Shown here in pieces: positions 49,358-63,871 of a stretch of DNA of 64,000 bases. The stretch covers positions 434,001-498,000 of the forward strand of contig JASANG010003345.1 of assembly GCA_030248215.1 (NCBI GenBank), in the 5' to 3' direction. Numbering within the stretch: the stretch's first letter is position 1; every line of letters starts with the position of its first letter. The stretch comes from Enoplolaimus lenunculus. Lineage: Eukaryota. A model generated the notes under the pieces. It had not been told where the DNA came from. It was given only the letters and a program-made list of their open reading frames with translations, and made no database searches. The translations under genes and the position numbers were made by a program.

Positions 49358-50396
49358 ATGTCATATCCTCCATATTTGTTTATTGCTTTCGTTCTTATGA
49401 TACATCCTGTTCAAGCAAACAATTCATTCTTTTTAGCTGGCAGCAAACCCGATACTAATGCGTTGCTGTAAGTATTTAAATTGAAATTAAAAGTAAATAT
49501 CCAATTCTCAATTGACCAATTAACACGGCGACACAAAACATTACTCTTTTAACCGCATAAGGGTTTAGCGTAGCTGAAGCGCTTGACTATACAGCGCACC
49601 TTCTAAAATAATAGTTGCCGAGATTAGCCCGTATGATCGCTCAGAAATAAAATTGCAGGAACCCGTCATGTAATAGAGGGCCAATGTAAAAAACAGGGGC
49701 CAAACAGTATTATAAGCATATTCCTAAGCGTAAGCCTAAGCCTAAAGCCGAAGCGTAAGAATGAGCATATTCCTAAGCCTAAGCCTAAGCCTTTCGCCCT
49801 GATCTTTACATGGGTTCAATAGGTTTTTTGTATAGACTCAGCGGTTGTGCCATCACTAACCTATTGCGTTTTATATTAACCTAAGGTTTCGATATTGTTG
49901 TCCTAGGGTTAATTCGTTACTCAATTTTGTGGATTCCGTGACAAAATTATGGTTTACGGCGCTGTGGGCGTAGGCAAAATTTTGGTAAGGAGAATTACGC
50001 TGCTAAAATTTCGACGGAGCTGTGTCCTGTGTTGTAAACTGGAACCGTGTCTAAAAAGACAACGCCGTTGAATGGCGCATAAAAATGTTTTGCTTTCACT
50101 GTTTCAGATCACCAAAGCTGTCAAATTCTCACAATCTGTCAACCACGTACAGACGGCAGCGATCAAATGCTGAATCAAACGGTGTGCAGCTTAGACGACG
50201 CGGCTCAGTACGAGCCACTGTGACGCCATCAAAACTCAAAAGCCAATACCGTCATTTAATCAAAAACTGCTACTTAACCCCGGTTCAGTGTAGTATTTGG
50301 AAGCATTCTCAAATCAGAATTGTACTCCGAAAGCCGAAAAAACACTCCACTTTGAAAAAAAATCAAAATATAACTACTTTGCTGATTAAATTTTAA
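49358..50396 (+). CDS. Putative allatostatin-C/somatostatin-like neuropeptide precursor 1; exons 49358-49467, 50108-50396 (~132 aa)
   Basis: Signal peptide MSYPPYLFIAFVLMIHPVQA; phase-2 intron GTAAGT...TTTCAG; basic cleavage sites; KNCYLTPVQC motif (Cys-to-Cys 50268-50291). Confidence 0.7.
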
Positions 50397-53300
50397 GAAA
50401 ATATCAACAAAGTTTTGTAGTATACATATCGTATATTGTGCAATTGCAATACTTAATTGTATCGATCAAGGTGTAACCGGATATCCATTTCCGTTTCCGG
50501 CAAAAACCGGTATTCGTTTCAGCTTTCGGTTTCGTTATAGAAATATCAGAAATTCCGTTATTTTTACGTGTAAAATTTGTAATAATATATTCGTTTGAAA
50601 TGAAAAAAATTACGAAATTCATCCAAAATCTTAAATATTTCGTTGTATCCGCCATTTTTCCTTAATATTTGAGTAGGCTGTGCGAATATTATTACGTATC
50701 AATTGTGTTGGCAGAAAAATAAAACATATTTGAAACGTTTATACTTCAATAGCGGATTTTTTTTCGTTTCCGCTATTTCGATCACTACCTTTTTCCGTTA
50801 TCTTGTCTCTCCGTTTTTGCACCCTGATTGTATTAATGTTGTTGTGATAAAATTGAACGTGGGTTGTGAAGCATGAAGGTCAGTTTAAACACAAAAATTC
50901 AACGGTATATAAAATTACTATTTTGCACATTTTTGTACTAGATTGTTAGCATTTTAAATTTGATAATTATCGGGATGTAAACAGATAGTAAAAATGAAAA
51001 CTACTTGAAATAGAATAATATTTGCTGACGATAAATGTTTCAGACAACTTTCATAACAATACAATTGAGGGTTTCTGATTTTCTAAGTAACCGTTACGTT
51101 ATCATAATAACTAGTCATAAAACGCACATCTTTATCAAATATAATTCCGCCTTGGGCTAGCCCAAGTCGTAATTCCGCTTTGGACTAGCCGAATTCGGAA
51201 TTTTACTGAATTACGACTTGTGCTACGGCATATAATACATACTTGTAACAAATCGATTGTATCAAATAACACATAACAGAGTTTTGGGCCAATGTATGGA
51301 ACAGGGCCGTAAGACAAGTACAAGCAATATTCCCAGGCCTGTCCATAAACCGAAGCCTAAGCAAAAATATATCGAAAGCTGAAGCTTACTCTATGGCAAT
51401 CTTAAAGAAAAACGTTTCGCCCCTGATATTTACATGAACCTAGTTTTGAAATCATATTTTGTACCAAATAAAACGACAACTGTGTGATTATCTGAAAGCA
51501 AGTGCTCAACGTGTTGCATTATACCAATGCTGAAGCATCAAAAATAAATCATACCACCACGATGTATTAATAATATCTGTTACAAATTTCAACCTGACAC
51601 TAGGCGTTACATGATCAATTACTAAGGCGTTGCCGGGGATATTAGTTCACCGTAAAATTGCCTGATTTTTTGACCCCAATTTGTTCATCAGTTTACTCTA
51701 TAAAGCCTGTATAAAACTGTTTTTTGTATCTATCAAAAATTTCCGGGGCGATTATATCCACTGTGCCATTATACACCCGTTATCGCTAAACATATTTTAC
51801 TGTGCCAATGCATTACCGCCCTTTCTTCCTACTATACAATTTATACTCCCTCAACTGTTAGAGTGTCACTTAAAGCATTTCGCGACTTAAACGCTGAGAG
51901 CTAAAAGTTGGTTGATGTTATTTATAATACTTTTCCGCTGGCTACGCCCACGTTGACAATTAAGAGTCAATTGTAACATGAACGAATTTCAATTATTTTC
52001 ATTTTTTAGCTCATTTATTGGCGAAGGTGATTTAAAGGATTGATATTTTGCGTTAAATATACATCATAATTCTTGGGTTAATGTTGCTTTGATCTTAAAA
52101 ATTATCTTCCGCTACCTGTTTTGTGTAGTTTTTAGGTACATTGACTAACTAGTAAAGTTTTGAGTTGACGCGTGTTGAAAATTATACAGGAAAGGTTTTA
52201 CCCTGTAAAAATAGTGAGATAGGTTTTATTTGACTACGCTAACTGAGTCAAATTCGACTTCGCTAGAGTCAAATTCAACGCACTGAGAAACACATTTGAC
52301 TCTGACGGTGTTTGAATTGGAGAGAGTCCATTTGACTCACCATTTTTAGCAGTGTACAGCGAAGATTGAGACGATGGGAGGCTGGCCGGCCGGTAGACTT
52401 AAAATAAGGTTTCGGCCTTGGCGAACGTTTAGGCCTATAATACGGCATACGTTTAGGATCAGGCTTATAGGTTCAGGAGGCTTAGTGGGCTGGCCGTTAG
52501 GAGTTACAAAGTGTCGTATATATTTTGTGAATTTCGCCAAGTGTGGTAGTATTTGAAAATAAAGCAGCAAGTAATTATTGTGTGCCACACAGTATAGATA
52601 CAAAACTACCATGAGTGATGCTGTTTCGTTACCCATACAACAGTGTCAATCTTTAAATACACATTTTGAGGGCTTACCCATATTATTTTTTATTATAGGT
52701 GTATTATTCAACTTTTGTACATGTACAGCTCTGGGTGTAACCAGAAGTCAAAAATACGGGAGCCGGATGCTGATTTTCCGCCGGAATCGAAGCCAAACCT
52801 CCGGTTATACCCTGGTACAGATTAAAGAGTGCATACAAGCAAAAAATGTATCTGAATTTATTCAGAAATGTATTTTCTGTGGCAAGTTTGAAATGTTTTT
52901 CTGATCTTTTAGACAATTTTTCCAAAAATAATTGGAAAACGTTTATTTTCAGACTTTATTTCAAAACTTTTTTGGAAACTTCTCTGTTATAACATTGAAA
53001 TATTTTTCAAGTGCACCTTGTTAATCATATTTCTTATATGTAAGAAATTTTTTCTTAAATACCAGAAATATTGTTTTGAGTGTGCATACATACCAATTCA
53101 GCAACGACAAATATTCTACGCCGTAGCCAGATGATGGCCAGGGGGCTTAGCCCGTTCCCCTGGAAAAATTTCGCTCCCGTCCAAAAGTTTTCCACTTGCT
53201 TATAAGTCATCGAACACCGTTGTACGCAACTCTTGAAAATTTTTTAGAGCCAGGATTCGAATCGCGCAGCCTTAAATACGGACAGGGTTTTGAACCATGC

Positions 53301-54717
53301 ACCACCAGAGAAGGAATTATAGACAACATATCAAAATGTTTTCATTATAATAGAGCATTATATTTCGTAACTTTAACTATGATTTATAGTTAATATTTTA
53401 AGTTATTTTACTTTTGAATGTGAAAATTATTTAAATTTGCCATTTAAACAAAGCATTTTTTGAAAACAATACAAGCAAACACGGGATACGATTGGTGAAA
53501 ACTACCGTACAGGCGGAATTAGTTTCCAGAAACAACTTCCGGCAACGGATGTTTTTTTTTACTTTGAAACTTGTATGAAATCAAAATTTAAATAGTATAA
53601 TATCTATGCCGCATCCACAACAGAAATACCGAAATGCTTGAAAGTGAAAAAAGAACGAAAATTTAGCGAAAGCTGATGTTGCTAAAAATGACAAAATTCA
53701 TCACACGATAAACTATACGTTTGCAGTAGATTACAAAATCGCTAATTTAAGACATATAGCTATTTTATAACTGATTGTCTATTTTAATAGACGATTGCTT
53801 CGGAAAACTGTGCTGATGAACGATCGGCGTTCTTTGATTCAAATAAAGCAAACGTAGGCGGCTGGTTTTTGTCTCAACAGTCATTTCAAACAAATGATAT
53901 GTTTCATTATGTCAAATGAATTGTTTGAACCGTTTTTTAGTATGATTTAGTTGTCTTGTGTCGGTTTGGTGTCTGATTTTTTTACCGTACTCAAAGTTTA
54001 TTTTTAGTTGAACATTTACGGTGATTATACTTGTTTAGTTTCTTGGTTATCAATATTCAGATATGAGAATCAGACAGATTCACTCTTAAAAAGTGTCTAT
54101 GATTTAAAACGATGAAATATTTTGTCCATCTTTTACTGGGTGTAAAGCGTTTACGGAATCGTCCAGAAAGAGGACGAACAGAACTAAGTGATATCTATTG
54201 CTTGATTTAACAACTGCGTCTCATGTAAAGCTAAGGGGCGGAGCGTTTTTCTGCTGAACTGTAATAGAGTAAGTTTAAGCTTTAGTCTAAATTTCTACTT
54301 ATGCTTGGGCATAGGCTTAGATATAAGCTCATTCTTATGCTTAGGCTGAGGCTTAGGCTTAGTCTTAGGAATATGTTTATTACTACTGTTACGGCCCTGT
54401 TTCATACATCGGACGCAGTTGTTAACCTCGGTTACACGTACAAACGCAGGTTCTCGTCAGTGCAAAAACTGAGTATACTGGCCTGTAAAAAAGCTTATGC
54501 AACTTCCACAACATGCGTACATCAGAAGCCAAAAACCTTCAGTGTCCTGGACATTGAAGCATTTTTGGCTTCAAGTGTCCGGTTCAAGTTTGAACTTAGT
54601 ATGAAATTGTTTAAAATTTTCAGGCAAATTAAAAGCAATTTTGGTAATTTCTATTTAAATCTCGTATCAAATGTAAAAATTGATTAGTAATAACTTTAAA
54701 GCAACTACGCAACTATA

Positions 54718-56718
54718 ATGAAATACAAGATTTCACTTTCACTACGATTAATTTTGTTGGTGAATGTGCTCAATATAGAATGCTTTGTAACATCTGATCG
54801 CTTTGGTTTTATGCATGCTACACTGTAAGTTACTTCAAATAATATGGTTTTTGATTTAATAATGCTGTCTAATGACTATTGATTAGCGGAGAACGTACGG
54901 AATCTGGCCACTCTCCTAGGAATTTAATAAAATGCGGTTAATTTTGTACATTTCGACGCGCTGAGTTTTTTACGGTACCAATCGTACGGCTGCATGGCAA
55001 ACGGTTCAAAAGTTATAACGCACGAAATTGTACCTATTGCAAGTACGCACACAGATTCGAAAAGACAGCATAATGTGATTTACATATTTATAGAACATAT
55101 AGCTTCACCAGGTATTTGTTGCACAAATTTGGCACTATCCATGTTTAGTATATATATTAAAAATAGTAAAATTTAAAGCGCAACAACTTTTGAACCAGTG
55201 AGGGCGATGCAAATTTACAAATAATTCCGCTGAACTCAGTTTGTCCTGATCTATAAAACAAGCCGACAACGATGTTTGCTGGCCATTTTAATACCATTTC
55301 CACGCCTGAAACAATCTCCACGCCAACCCTGCAAATTCCAGCGAGTTGGTTAATCAAATCATCAAGCGAGTTAGCTGGTTAATTATGAGTTAAAAACAGT
55401 AAACATTAAACTCATTTCGAATTTAGTCGATTTTCACTCTGAATTGAGTTGATTCCGAATGACTTTATGAGTTAACACAGAATGAGTTAAATCAGACTGT
55501 GTGATTACAGGTCATTCATTGTGAGCTAAAATCAACTCAGTAGAATTTACAGTGTACAACGGCGCTCAAGAAACTGAAATAAGCAGGTCAACAGGTTCGT
55601 TGATATGCTAAATCAGTGTCTCTGATGAAATTGAGTTCTGAATGCAATTTTACCGCAGTCATTTTTTGTTTTTAGCTATTTCTGTTAACAAATGTCTATA
55701 TTTCCAATTTCAATTTGGCTGTTAAAATTGTGCGTTTCAGAATGGTTCAGATTGCTAAACTGCGACCACAAACCTAAATTTTAGACAGTTTACAAGACTA
55801 ATCTGAACCACCAGATATATGTCAAAGCAAATTAACCAAATGAATGTACTGTAGTGACCCGAATAAGAGGAGGACTGATATTTATTTGGCCTCTCCAGAG
55901 GGCCCCTGTTATTCGGTTACGGACTGCTATTTATTTTTAACCCATGCTCCGCCACCCTTCGTTACTGATTGATATCCGGTAGTGCAATTACCGGTGAATT
56001 AAACGTATATTTGTCTTGTTTCGCAACGCAAGGTTATACTTAGGAATGCACTTTCAAAATTTAAGTGCGCTTTATAGATAGTAAACTGAAAATTTTTCGC
56101 GTAACCCTTTCTCACATGAATATTTTCTATTTCCCCTGAGACCTACTTTTATGCTAGGATTCGAACTCCAGTGACTGGAGTGGGAGGCGTATACCATCAC
56201 TCCTCAGCTATAGGAGCTTGACGCTCGAGCCCGAGGGGGCTCTCACGTCTTGTGGGGATTTAGTACTATGTATACGTGTTGCCATTGTTAAACACGGTGC
56301 GATATATACTGTTTACCGTATATACACTGCGCTGAGCTGCCTACAGGCAACTCAATGTGAGAAGGGGTTAAAGTTCGATATAAAATCATATATGCTTTTC
56401 AGACAAGCACCAGAGTTAGTAAATGGCAAATTAATGAGCAGTGTAGTACTGTCAAAACAAAACAGGGATAGCGATTTTCGACGGCTTCTCAAAAACTGCT
56501 ATCTAACGCCAGTACAATGCAAAGTTTGGAAACATTCGCAGATTAAAGTACGAGTTCAACCGCGGTTGACAAGCTACCGAACAATGCGGAGATATTTATT
56601 CACACACGCAGATAGAACACGAGCAAGAAGAAAGTGGTTGGCAATGATGGCGGATCCGGCGGATTTTGGATTGCTAATTTGGCCACAGAAGGATTCAAAC
56701 TTTATCGGACCACCATAG
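54718..56718 (+). CDS. Putative allatostatin-C/somatostatin-like neuropeptide precursor 2; exons 54718-54824, 56403-56718 (~140 aa)
   Basis: Signal peptide MKYKISLSLRLILLVNVLNIEC; same phase-2 CT|GTAAGT...TTTTCAG|A intron; RR|LLKNCYLTPVQC (Cys-to-Cys 56497-56520). Confidence 0.7.
56150..56214 (-). mobile_element. tRNA-like head (SINE or tRNA pseudogene); degenerate relative near 765-812
   Basis: Minus strand TATAGCTGAGGAGTGATGG...GGAGTTCGAATCCTAGC has A/B-box-like motifs but no clean cloverleaf. Confidence 0.4.
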
Positions 56719-58368
56719 TTGTAGTTGACGAAATTGTCGAAAATAGGAAATATTGACCTTGACGTTTTAGTTTGGAATTTTTCGATGGCAGAATCACAAA
56801 AAATTGCTTACGGATCCGCCCACGAGGGAACTGTAATGTTTGAGCTGAATAGTTCGCACAAGCGAGATACCAGTTTTAGGACTTTTATGTTCATGGGCGC
56901 CGGCAGGCACGGTCATGATGGTGCAACTACACACCATCCCCTGGGGTGAGTAACCTAGCTTTTAAATAGGCCAATCAGGCCCGTAGCCAGCTCAGCGTGC
57001 TAGAGAGGCTAAACCACTAAGCGTCTTTCAGGAGGAGCTTACAAGGGTTTTCGATAACTGAAAATATTCTAACAGTGATAAAATTTTCTAGGGGAAAGGC
57101 TGATGCTCTCCTGGGCACCCTCTGACTACGTGTCCGAGGTAGTCATATAGATATTGGTAAATATTGTTTCCTATGGTATCAAACGGGCACAGTTACGTAT
57201 ACGTTTTGAACAAAAGCCCCGCTTGCACCTGCCATTTCTGTATTTTGGCGGCGCTCATATCAGTGTTCACGAAAAGAGATACTTTGATGTGATGTTGCAA
57301 CAACGATTTTATTACAAAAGTTACTTTTCGCACGACTTACGATGGCTTGCATGTACATTAAAGTGTGTCGATGAAATATAATGTGCTAAAAACACACCCG
57401 TAGCCAGCTCACCTTAATAGGGAGCGCTATTTTCAAGTGGGGCTTAGACGCACTTTCGATGACTTACAAGCAAGGTTGAATGTTTTCGAGGGGGGGGGCT
57501 AAAATTCTTCCCTGAGGGTTCAGCCTCTTGGCCCCTGTCTGGCCGCGGGCGCGTACCATAATAACCAGTACGAACCAGGCAAGTTTTGCATACTGTATAA
57601 TTTTTAAGTCAGAGTAGTCGCGTTACATTTTCTGGTTCGAACCATACAAATATTTCACCAAATATGTCACAGTAGTGGTCACCAGTGTGAATAATACAGC
57701 ACTTGCCAGAACATTAATAATTTTCATTTCATTTGGTGAGCGTCAGCTGTTGGCTTCTGCCGTTTCGGGCAACCATCGCTGCTTATATCAGACGATGTCA
57801 AAATAAATCGATTTAAAACGAGATTAACACTTTCTTCAACAAAATATTGAATTTAGATAAACCAAGACTCTATACAGCTTCTGTCAACTGTACGTTGAAT
57901 TGTTCAGTTCAAATTTAATATCACCAAAACAAGCATTGAAATCGAAGGGTAATTGGTGTAAATCGCATTTACGACTGCCAAGTCACACAGCACCCACCCG
58001 ATTGCATATTGGGATCGACTGAGTTTGCGGGGTCGGAATTTTACTCGAATCTGTTGCATTGTTGATAGGTTTGCCGCTTTTCACGTTTGTTTTCTAGATA
58101 TAAACGGTATATTGTTCGAGTTGTTCAGTGAATACCAGGTAGTATTGATATATCATCGTCCATTCAATATATTTTGGACCCGTACGTCCGGCAGCGATGT
58201 AAACACGACGTTTCGATGTGCGTACAGCAAGCAATAAAACCACACAAATTATGCTGTAAATACATCAAATATAGGAATATACAGTTAAAACAGAAGGAAC
58301 AACATTCAAACGTTGTGATATCTCGAAATGGTCAATTTTTTAAATTATCAAAGTTTTGACGAGCAGCG

Positions 58369-58557
58369 TTAGCCAGCTCCTAAACAAGATTCATCACACT
58401 CTTGATCAGAAGAACAAAATTGTTCGTTTGACTCAGTCAACGGAGGGCACGATTCAATACTTTGTGTTGATGGCCGTCTCTTATTTAAGTGCTGCATTTT
58501 TGTTTGTTTTGTTAACGCACTTCGCAGCAATAACGACTGTTGTTCTTGTGGCTGTGT

Positions 58558-58589
<32 letters not shown>

Positions 58590-61500
58590 GCTGATGCCTA
58601 CTGTTTTGGACCGACTCCAAACCAAAATCGGTAACATTAGACGACGACAATTTGGGGTCGCCGCATTTCACTGTTTTGAGCAACGGGATAGATTTGCGGC
58701 ATCGTGTCTTTTCAGAGCTTGAGCCGTCAGGTTTTCGTATTGACGACCACATCATTCGTCGAACTCTTGGAGGCATTCCGCGATACTTTGCGGTTCGTGA
58801 GCCACGAGAAAGCGCCGCTGCTGTTTTCAAGGGAGCATTCGCCAACAGCGCAGAACCTTTTGCAAAAACACCACCGCCGCTACCACCACCACCACAAGGC
58901 CGCTGGGGTATAGCGGTTGGTAAACTTTGAAGGCTAACACTTCGGTTTTCTAAACTCAAATTGCAATCAGCAATTGCGATACCGCGTTCTTGGAACGATT
59001 CTTGGTGTACAATTTTTTCTCGGGCTGACTAAAAACTACAACGAAGTATTAATATTATTAATATTTTTGCGGGTCGAACTCAAGTGCGTCAAGTGATTAA
59101 AGTTTTAAACAAAGCATGTCACTTAAAAATAGCAATCGTATTTACTGCAAATTGCGAAAAAAAGTATAATTTTACGATGACATTTCGTCAATCGACGTCT
59201 GCTGCAATGGATGATTGTGTAGTTTGGCGCATATATTATGTAAGGTACACACTTAGCTTAGAATGAATTTTATCGTATCATTTAAAGTTTTCCGCAAAGG
59301 CATCAATTAAAGTTCCCCTATGAATATTTAATTTAAGTTTGCTTCATTTCAACTGCTCAAAGGATCAAGGTGTTCAATAAGAGAACGTTGAACTTATACC
59401 ATTTCCATATTTTCACTATGGATGTCAACGTTTACGACGTTTCAAGCGCTCAAAGAGTAAAAGTGTGCAATGACAAAGCTGAACTTACCATTTCCTTCCA
59501 TAGGTGAACGGAAACATTTCAAGAAATATGACTAAATCTGCTCGAGTAGTATCGATCAGAGTAATCCCGTTATGATATCAATCAAAGTTTTGCTACCTTA
59601 GTTGAAAAAACATTAATTGACCAACACGAGTCAGAACAATTTTGCTCCTTAAATCTCAATTTTTAAAAGGTTAACTTTTGTTACGGACCTATCTGAGATG
59701 AGGTCGATTTCAGTTTATACAGCAACGTACCCTGATAGCTTGAGTTCTTTTCGAATTGATCAACGCGTAGTTGATAGCGTCGTCGTGTTTTGGCTGACAT
59801 AAGGAAGAGAAATCTCCTTGAGGGTCGTCAGAATTGCCAGGTTTGGGATCGTAGCCAACGCTCGCGACATCAGTAAATTCTATCGTCGACTAAAGTTTTA
59901 ACGAGCGTGTTTTAAGCCTTTTGATCTCTATGGAGCGTGAGACTTTTCTGTTCTCTCAGCGGTGGCGTTTGCCCAAAAATGGTTGGTTTTTGATTTTTTT
60001 GCATATTTGAGCTTCTCCATAACCTATCCCGATCATTCCACGCCTAAATTTGAATTTTTGAAAACTCGATTTTGAGACCCAAGGTCAACCCTTGGAACTA
60101 GAAAATTTTTTGCCCAAAAGTTAGACGGATCACATACCATTGGACGCAGCATGTAGAGCTGAGTCAATAGTGTAAAGCTTTTTGCAATGAGACGTTTGGC
60201 GAACGTGTTATATATGGTCAATTAACTGATTTGGCTCTGTTCCAAATCGTTGGCAGCGTGCCAAATCAGTTATTTGAAATAACTCGTTAACCAGACGTCT
60301 GATTACGAAAAATTTAACACCATTGGACTCAGACCGCAAGCTGCATCTTCAGACCTTAAAAATCGAATATTTTAGAAATTCAAATTTGGGCGTGGAATGA
60401 TCAGGGGAGATCATGAGAAACTCAAAAAATCGAATATTTTAAAAATTCAAATTTGGGCGTGGAATGTTCAGGAATGGTCGTGAGAAGTTCAAATCAGAAA
60501 AATTTAACACCATTGGACTCAGACCGCAAGCTGCATCTTCAGACCTTAAAAATCGAATTTTTTAGAAATTCAAATTTGGGCGTGGAATGGTCAGGGGAGA
60601 TCATGAGAAACTGAAAAAATCGAATATTTTAAAAATTCAAATTTGGGCGTGGAATGTTCAGAGATGGTCGTGAGAAGATCAAATGTACAAAAACTTTCAA
60701 AAACCAAACATTTATAGACAAACGGCAAGGGGATGGCCGAAAATATCACGAGAGGGGTCCAGTGCACTCGGTAAATTAAAGTTTCGCGGCACGATAAAAT
60801 TTGTTTACTAAAAATCGCCGCCCACCATCAAATAGATTGGGTTCATATCTTTATTAGCAACGCATAGCGGCGTGTGGCGGCGCGCGGTGTCGTCCGGCAC
60901 AGTAAAGTATATATCGCAACCGTAAAAGTTTACATCTCAGTTTTAAAGGTTTAACAAGATATTATCGAAATGGTTCATAATAAAAATATACCTTTTATTG
61001 TTAAAATAACATAACTTTCAAGCTAAATAAATCCCTTTTGAGGAGTTGAATAATTGCCGAAGTTTTTAATGAATATTTTTGCAAATTAGTCTGTAGCTAA
61101 TTTCGGTTTTTAATTCTACAATCAATGCTTAATAAACATGTCTGGCTGTGAATTTTATAACCAAACGTTGTAGCGTATGTATGGTAGTGATGCAAAACTG
61201 TTTATGGTTAATACTATGAGTCGAATTTTTATGTGAACAATTGACGAAAAGGGAACCCATGGACTCTGTAGCCGGTAGCGGTCCGGTAGCGCTATTTATG
61301 TAAGTAACAGGTTTGTTGCTTAAATGTGTTGAAAATGACCCAAATATTTGCAGTTTACCAGCTGGTTTGCTACGGCAAGTTAATGACCTACTCAACGTAT
61401 GCGAAATGGGGAAATTTTGCAAATTTTTGAAAAAGTTAACACTGCTTATAGCACAACTCGTAGCTTAGTACTGGCTTTGAATCGGCCCATATTACTTTTA

Positions 61501-63871
61501 GGGCCGCTCGGTTCTCTGATCGGACTGCAAAACCTGTAGGTTTAGATTTTAGACTATCTTTGTTTAGACTTAAGCGTAGATTTAGGCTTAGTCTTACACT
61601 TTTTCAACGTTTAGGCTTAGGCTTAGGCTTAACAAAATGCTTCATATACAGTTACGGCCCTAAACGTAACATTGGCGAATGTTGCAGTGAAATTTTGCTA
61701 CATGATAACCACATGACATCTTTGCTGGTTTTTATTCAATGGCTTTGCTTAAATAGCGTTTTGTAATATTTATAAACTTGTTTCAGTAATTAATTTCACA
61801 AAAGAAGGGTTCATTGAATTCCTCTTAGAGTTTCGACGATGTTTGAAAATCTCGTGGATTCCAGGTACAAAGATGAGAATGTTTGAATCCTATCTTATCT
61901 AAACACGGTTTTGGGCCAGTGAGATTTTTCCGGCACACATCGGTGAAGGGTAAAAACGGTTTCGAACCTCATCAAGATCTCGGATCATGTAAAGATCTGG
62001 GGCTGAACGTTTTTCTGCTACAGGTAACACATACTTTGATTCATTAATCAAACTCTCTACTGCCCCTATTCGGTCCAGGAGTCATTGGCCCATTATAATT
62101 GGAGTAGGTGTCATTTATGATATTTATGGGATTTAATTTGTGGTACAGTTTCCTATTGATTTAACTGAAATAGGGTCCCTAGCTCTCATTAGTCTACCCT
62201 TTTCATTTGGGTCACTACAGTAGTCTACTTACTGACAAAAATTGTACCAGTTATTTGAAGCACAAAATCTTCCAATCGTCTTAATGTTTTGAAGCTTACT
62301 GTAGTGACCAAATAAGAAGGGGGGAGGTAATAAGTATCCGGGATATTTAATTTGAGTATGAATCAATAGAAATCTATTTCCCTAATTACATTTCGTGATT
62401 GAATAGCGTCTAACACTAGTAAATATTTAGTCCATAAACGTCAATTACATTAATTAGATTGCGAAAATATTAAGTTCCGAACAGAATTTGGTTTATTACT
62501 CAAAGTATAACGTTACTTATATTACTAGCAGAATACTCATATCTTAAGAAAAGCATATTCCTTATGTAGTAAACTTTAAACCCTAAAAAATTGCTGGCGC
62601 AAGTTAAAATTGTGTGGTCCTAACATCTGAAGCTGGATTCAACAATAAACAACAGTCCGGAACCGAATAACAATGGAGGCACCCTCTTGCAAAGCAAAAT
62701 AATTATCAATTACCGCTTCCTGCTATATTGGAATCACTACATTCTAAATTACTTCTTACCTGGCGTGGTGTTGCAGGAGGTAAATTGTTGAATTGAACAT
62801 AATTGAGCTGCGGTACACCGGAGTTCGTATCTAAAAACTGTTGTTGATGGTCTGTTACGTCTGGGAATTGAAAAATTTGGCCACCGCCACTGCACATTGC
62901 CGTATTTGCCACAGAGCCCTAAAATATACTAAAATGTTTAAGCACAAATATTTTATAAGTTCACTTTTAGCTTTCAAATTGATTATTTGTAACTTTACTA
63001 ATGCGTCTAATGCACTACTGCGGTAGATATAATAGAAATTGCTGCAAGTATACCTAATCAGAGAGACAAGTATAACAGTTTTGGCCAATGTATAAAACAG
63101 GAAAGTTAAAATAGTACAAGCATATTGCTAAGCCGAAACCAAAGCGTAAAACTGAGCTTAGACCTAAGCCAATGCCTAATCAAAAAATCAGTCTAGTGTT
63201 TAAGCTTGCTTTATTGTAGTCGTGTAGAAAAACGTTCCGCCCTTGATCTTTACATGGACCACAGTTTTAGGCATTTCCTTGTTGTTCCAATCAATTTTAC
63301 TAAAGATTAAACGCGTCAAGCTAAATATTCTAGCAACTTTTGTCGAGTGGGCGATCCGAAATTCGTCAAAATGTTTAGCTCCCGGCCCATGTATAGAACA
63401 GGGCCGAATCGTTTTCTGGAGGGGCTATAATAGAGTCAGTTTAATTTTAGACCAATTTTTTGTTTAGGCTTAGGCTTAGGCTTAGGCTGAGGAATAGGCT
63501 CATCCATAAGTTTAGGCTTAGGTTTAGGCTTAGGAATATGCTTATACTACTGTTCCGGCCCTGTTGTATACATGGGTCAGCTCCCTATGCCCCCCACCCA
63601 CCCAGAAAAAACAAAAATTCCGAAACCTGTTGAATTTGGCGATTAATTCCGTTCTCAGGCGGTAATTGTATCACCGGCGTTGATGGCATAGGGCTTTGAT
63701 CTCCAGTTGTACTTGTTGAATCAACGCCTGCAGCAGACGCAACGCTGGCTGAGGGTGCACGATGGCGTCTTGAGTCAAATTTGGCCGCAGGAGGACGCAA
63801 TCGAGATGGCTGATGTGATTTCGACGCATGATGATGTTTCGGTAACGCTGGTTGTTCTGCTTGGCGATTGT
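58369..63871 (-). CDS. 3' part of an FRS2/Gab(DOS)-type RTK docking protein; exons 63871-63627, 62918-62760, 59889-59731, 59028-58369 (5' exons unresolved)
   Basis: GT-AG phase-0 joins give one frame: ...PMPSTP...PQLNYVQFNNLPPATPRQ|STIEF...DAINYALINSKRTQAIR|SARE..., i.e. a tandem SHP2-type tyrosine motif pair plus PxTP sites; polyQ near the C-terminus. Confidence 0.65.
59965..60726. mobile_element. Foldback-like element with an internal 189-bp tandem duplication (60308-60685), in an intron of the docking-protein gene
   Basis: Imperfect inverted ends (GCGTTTGCCCAAAAATGGTTGGTTTTTGA / TCAAAAACCAAACATTTATAGACAAACGGC); repeated AAATTCAAATTTGGGCGTGGAATG units with an inverted copy at ~60033-60060. 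Confidence 0.6.

Noticed and set aside
52611..52904. ORF with a hydrophobic stretch (LPILFFIIGVLFNF) between the two peptide genes
   Set aside because: Could be an exon, but no compatible downstream exon or known motif was found.
49358..56718. One gene with two alternative terminal exons
   Set aside because: Phase-compatible, but the second Cys-ring exon has its own signal-peptide exon at 54718-54824; two genes is simpler.
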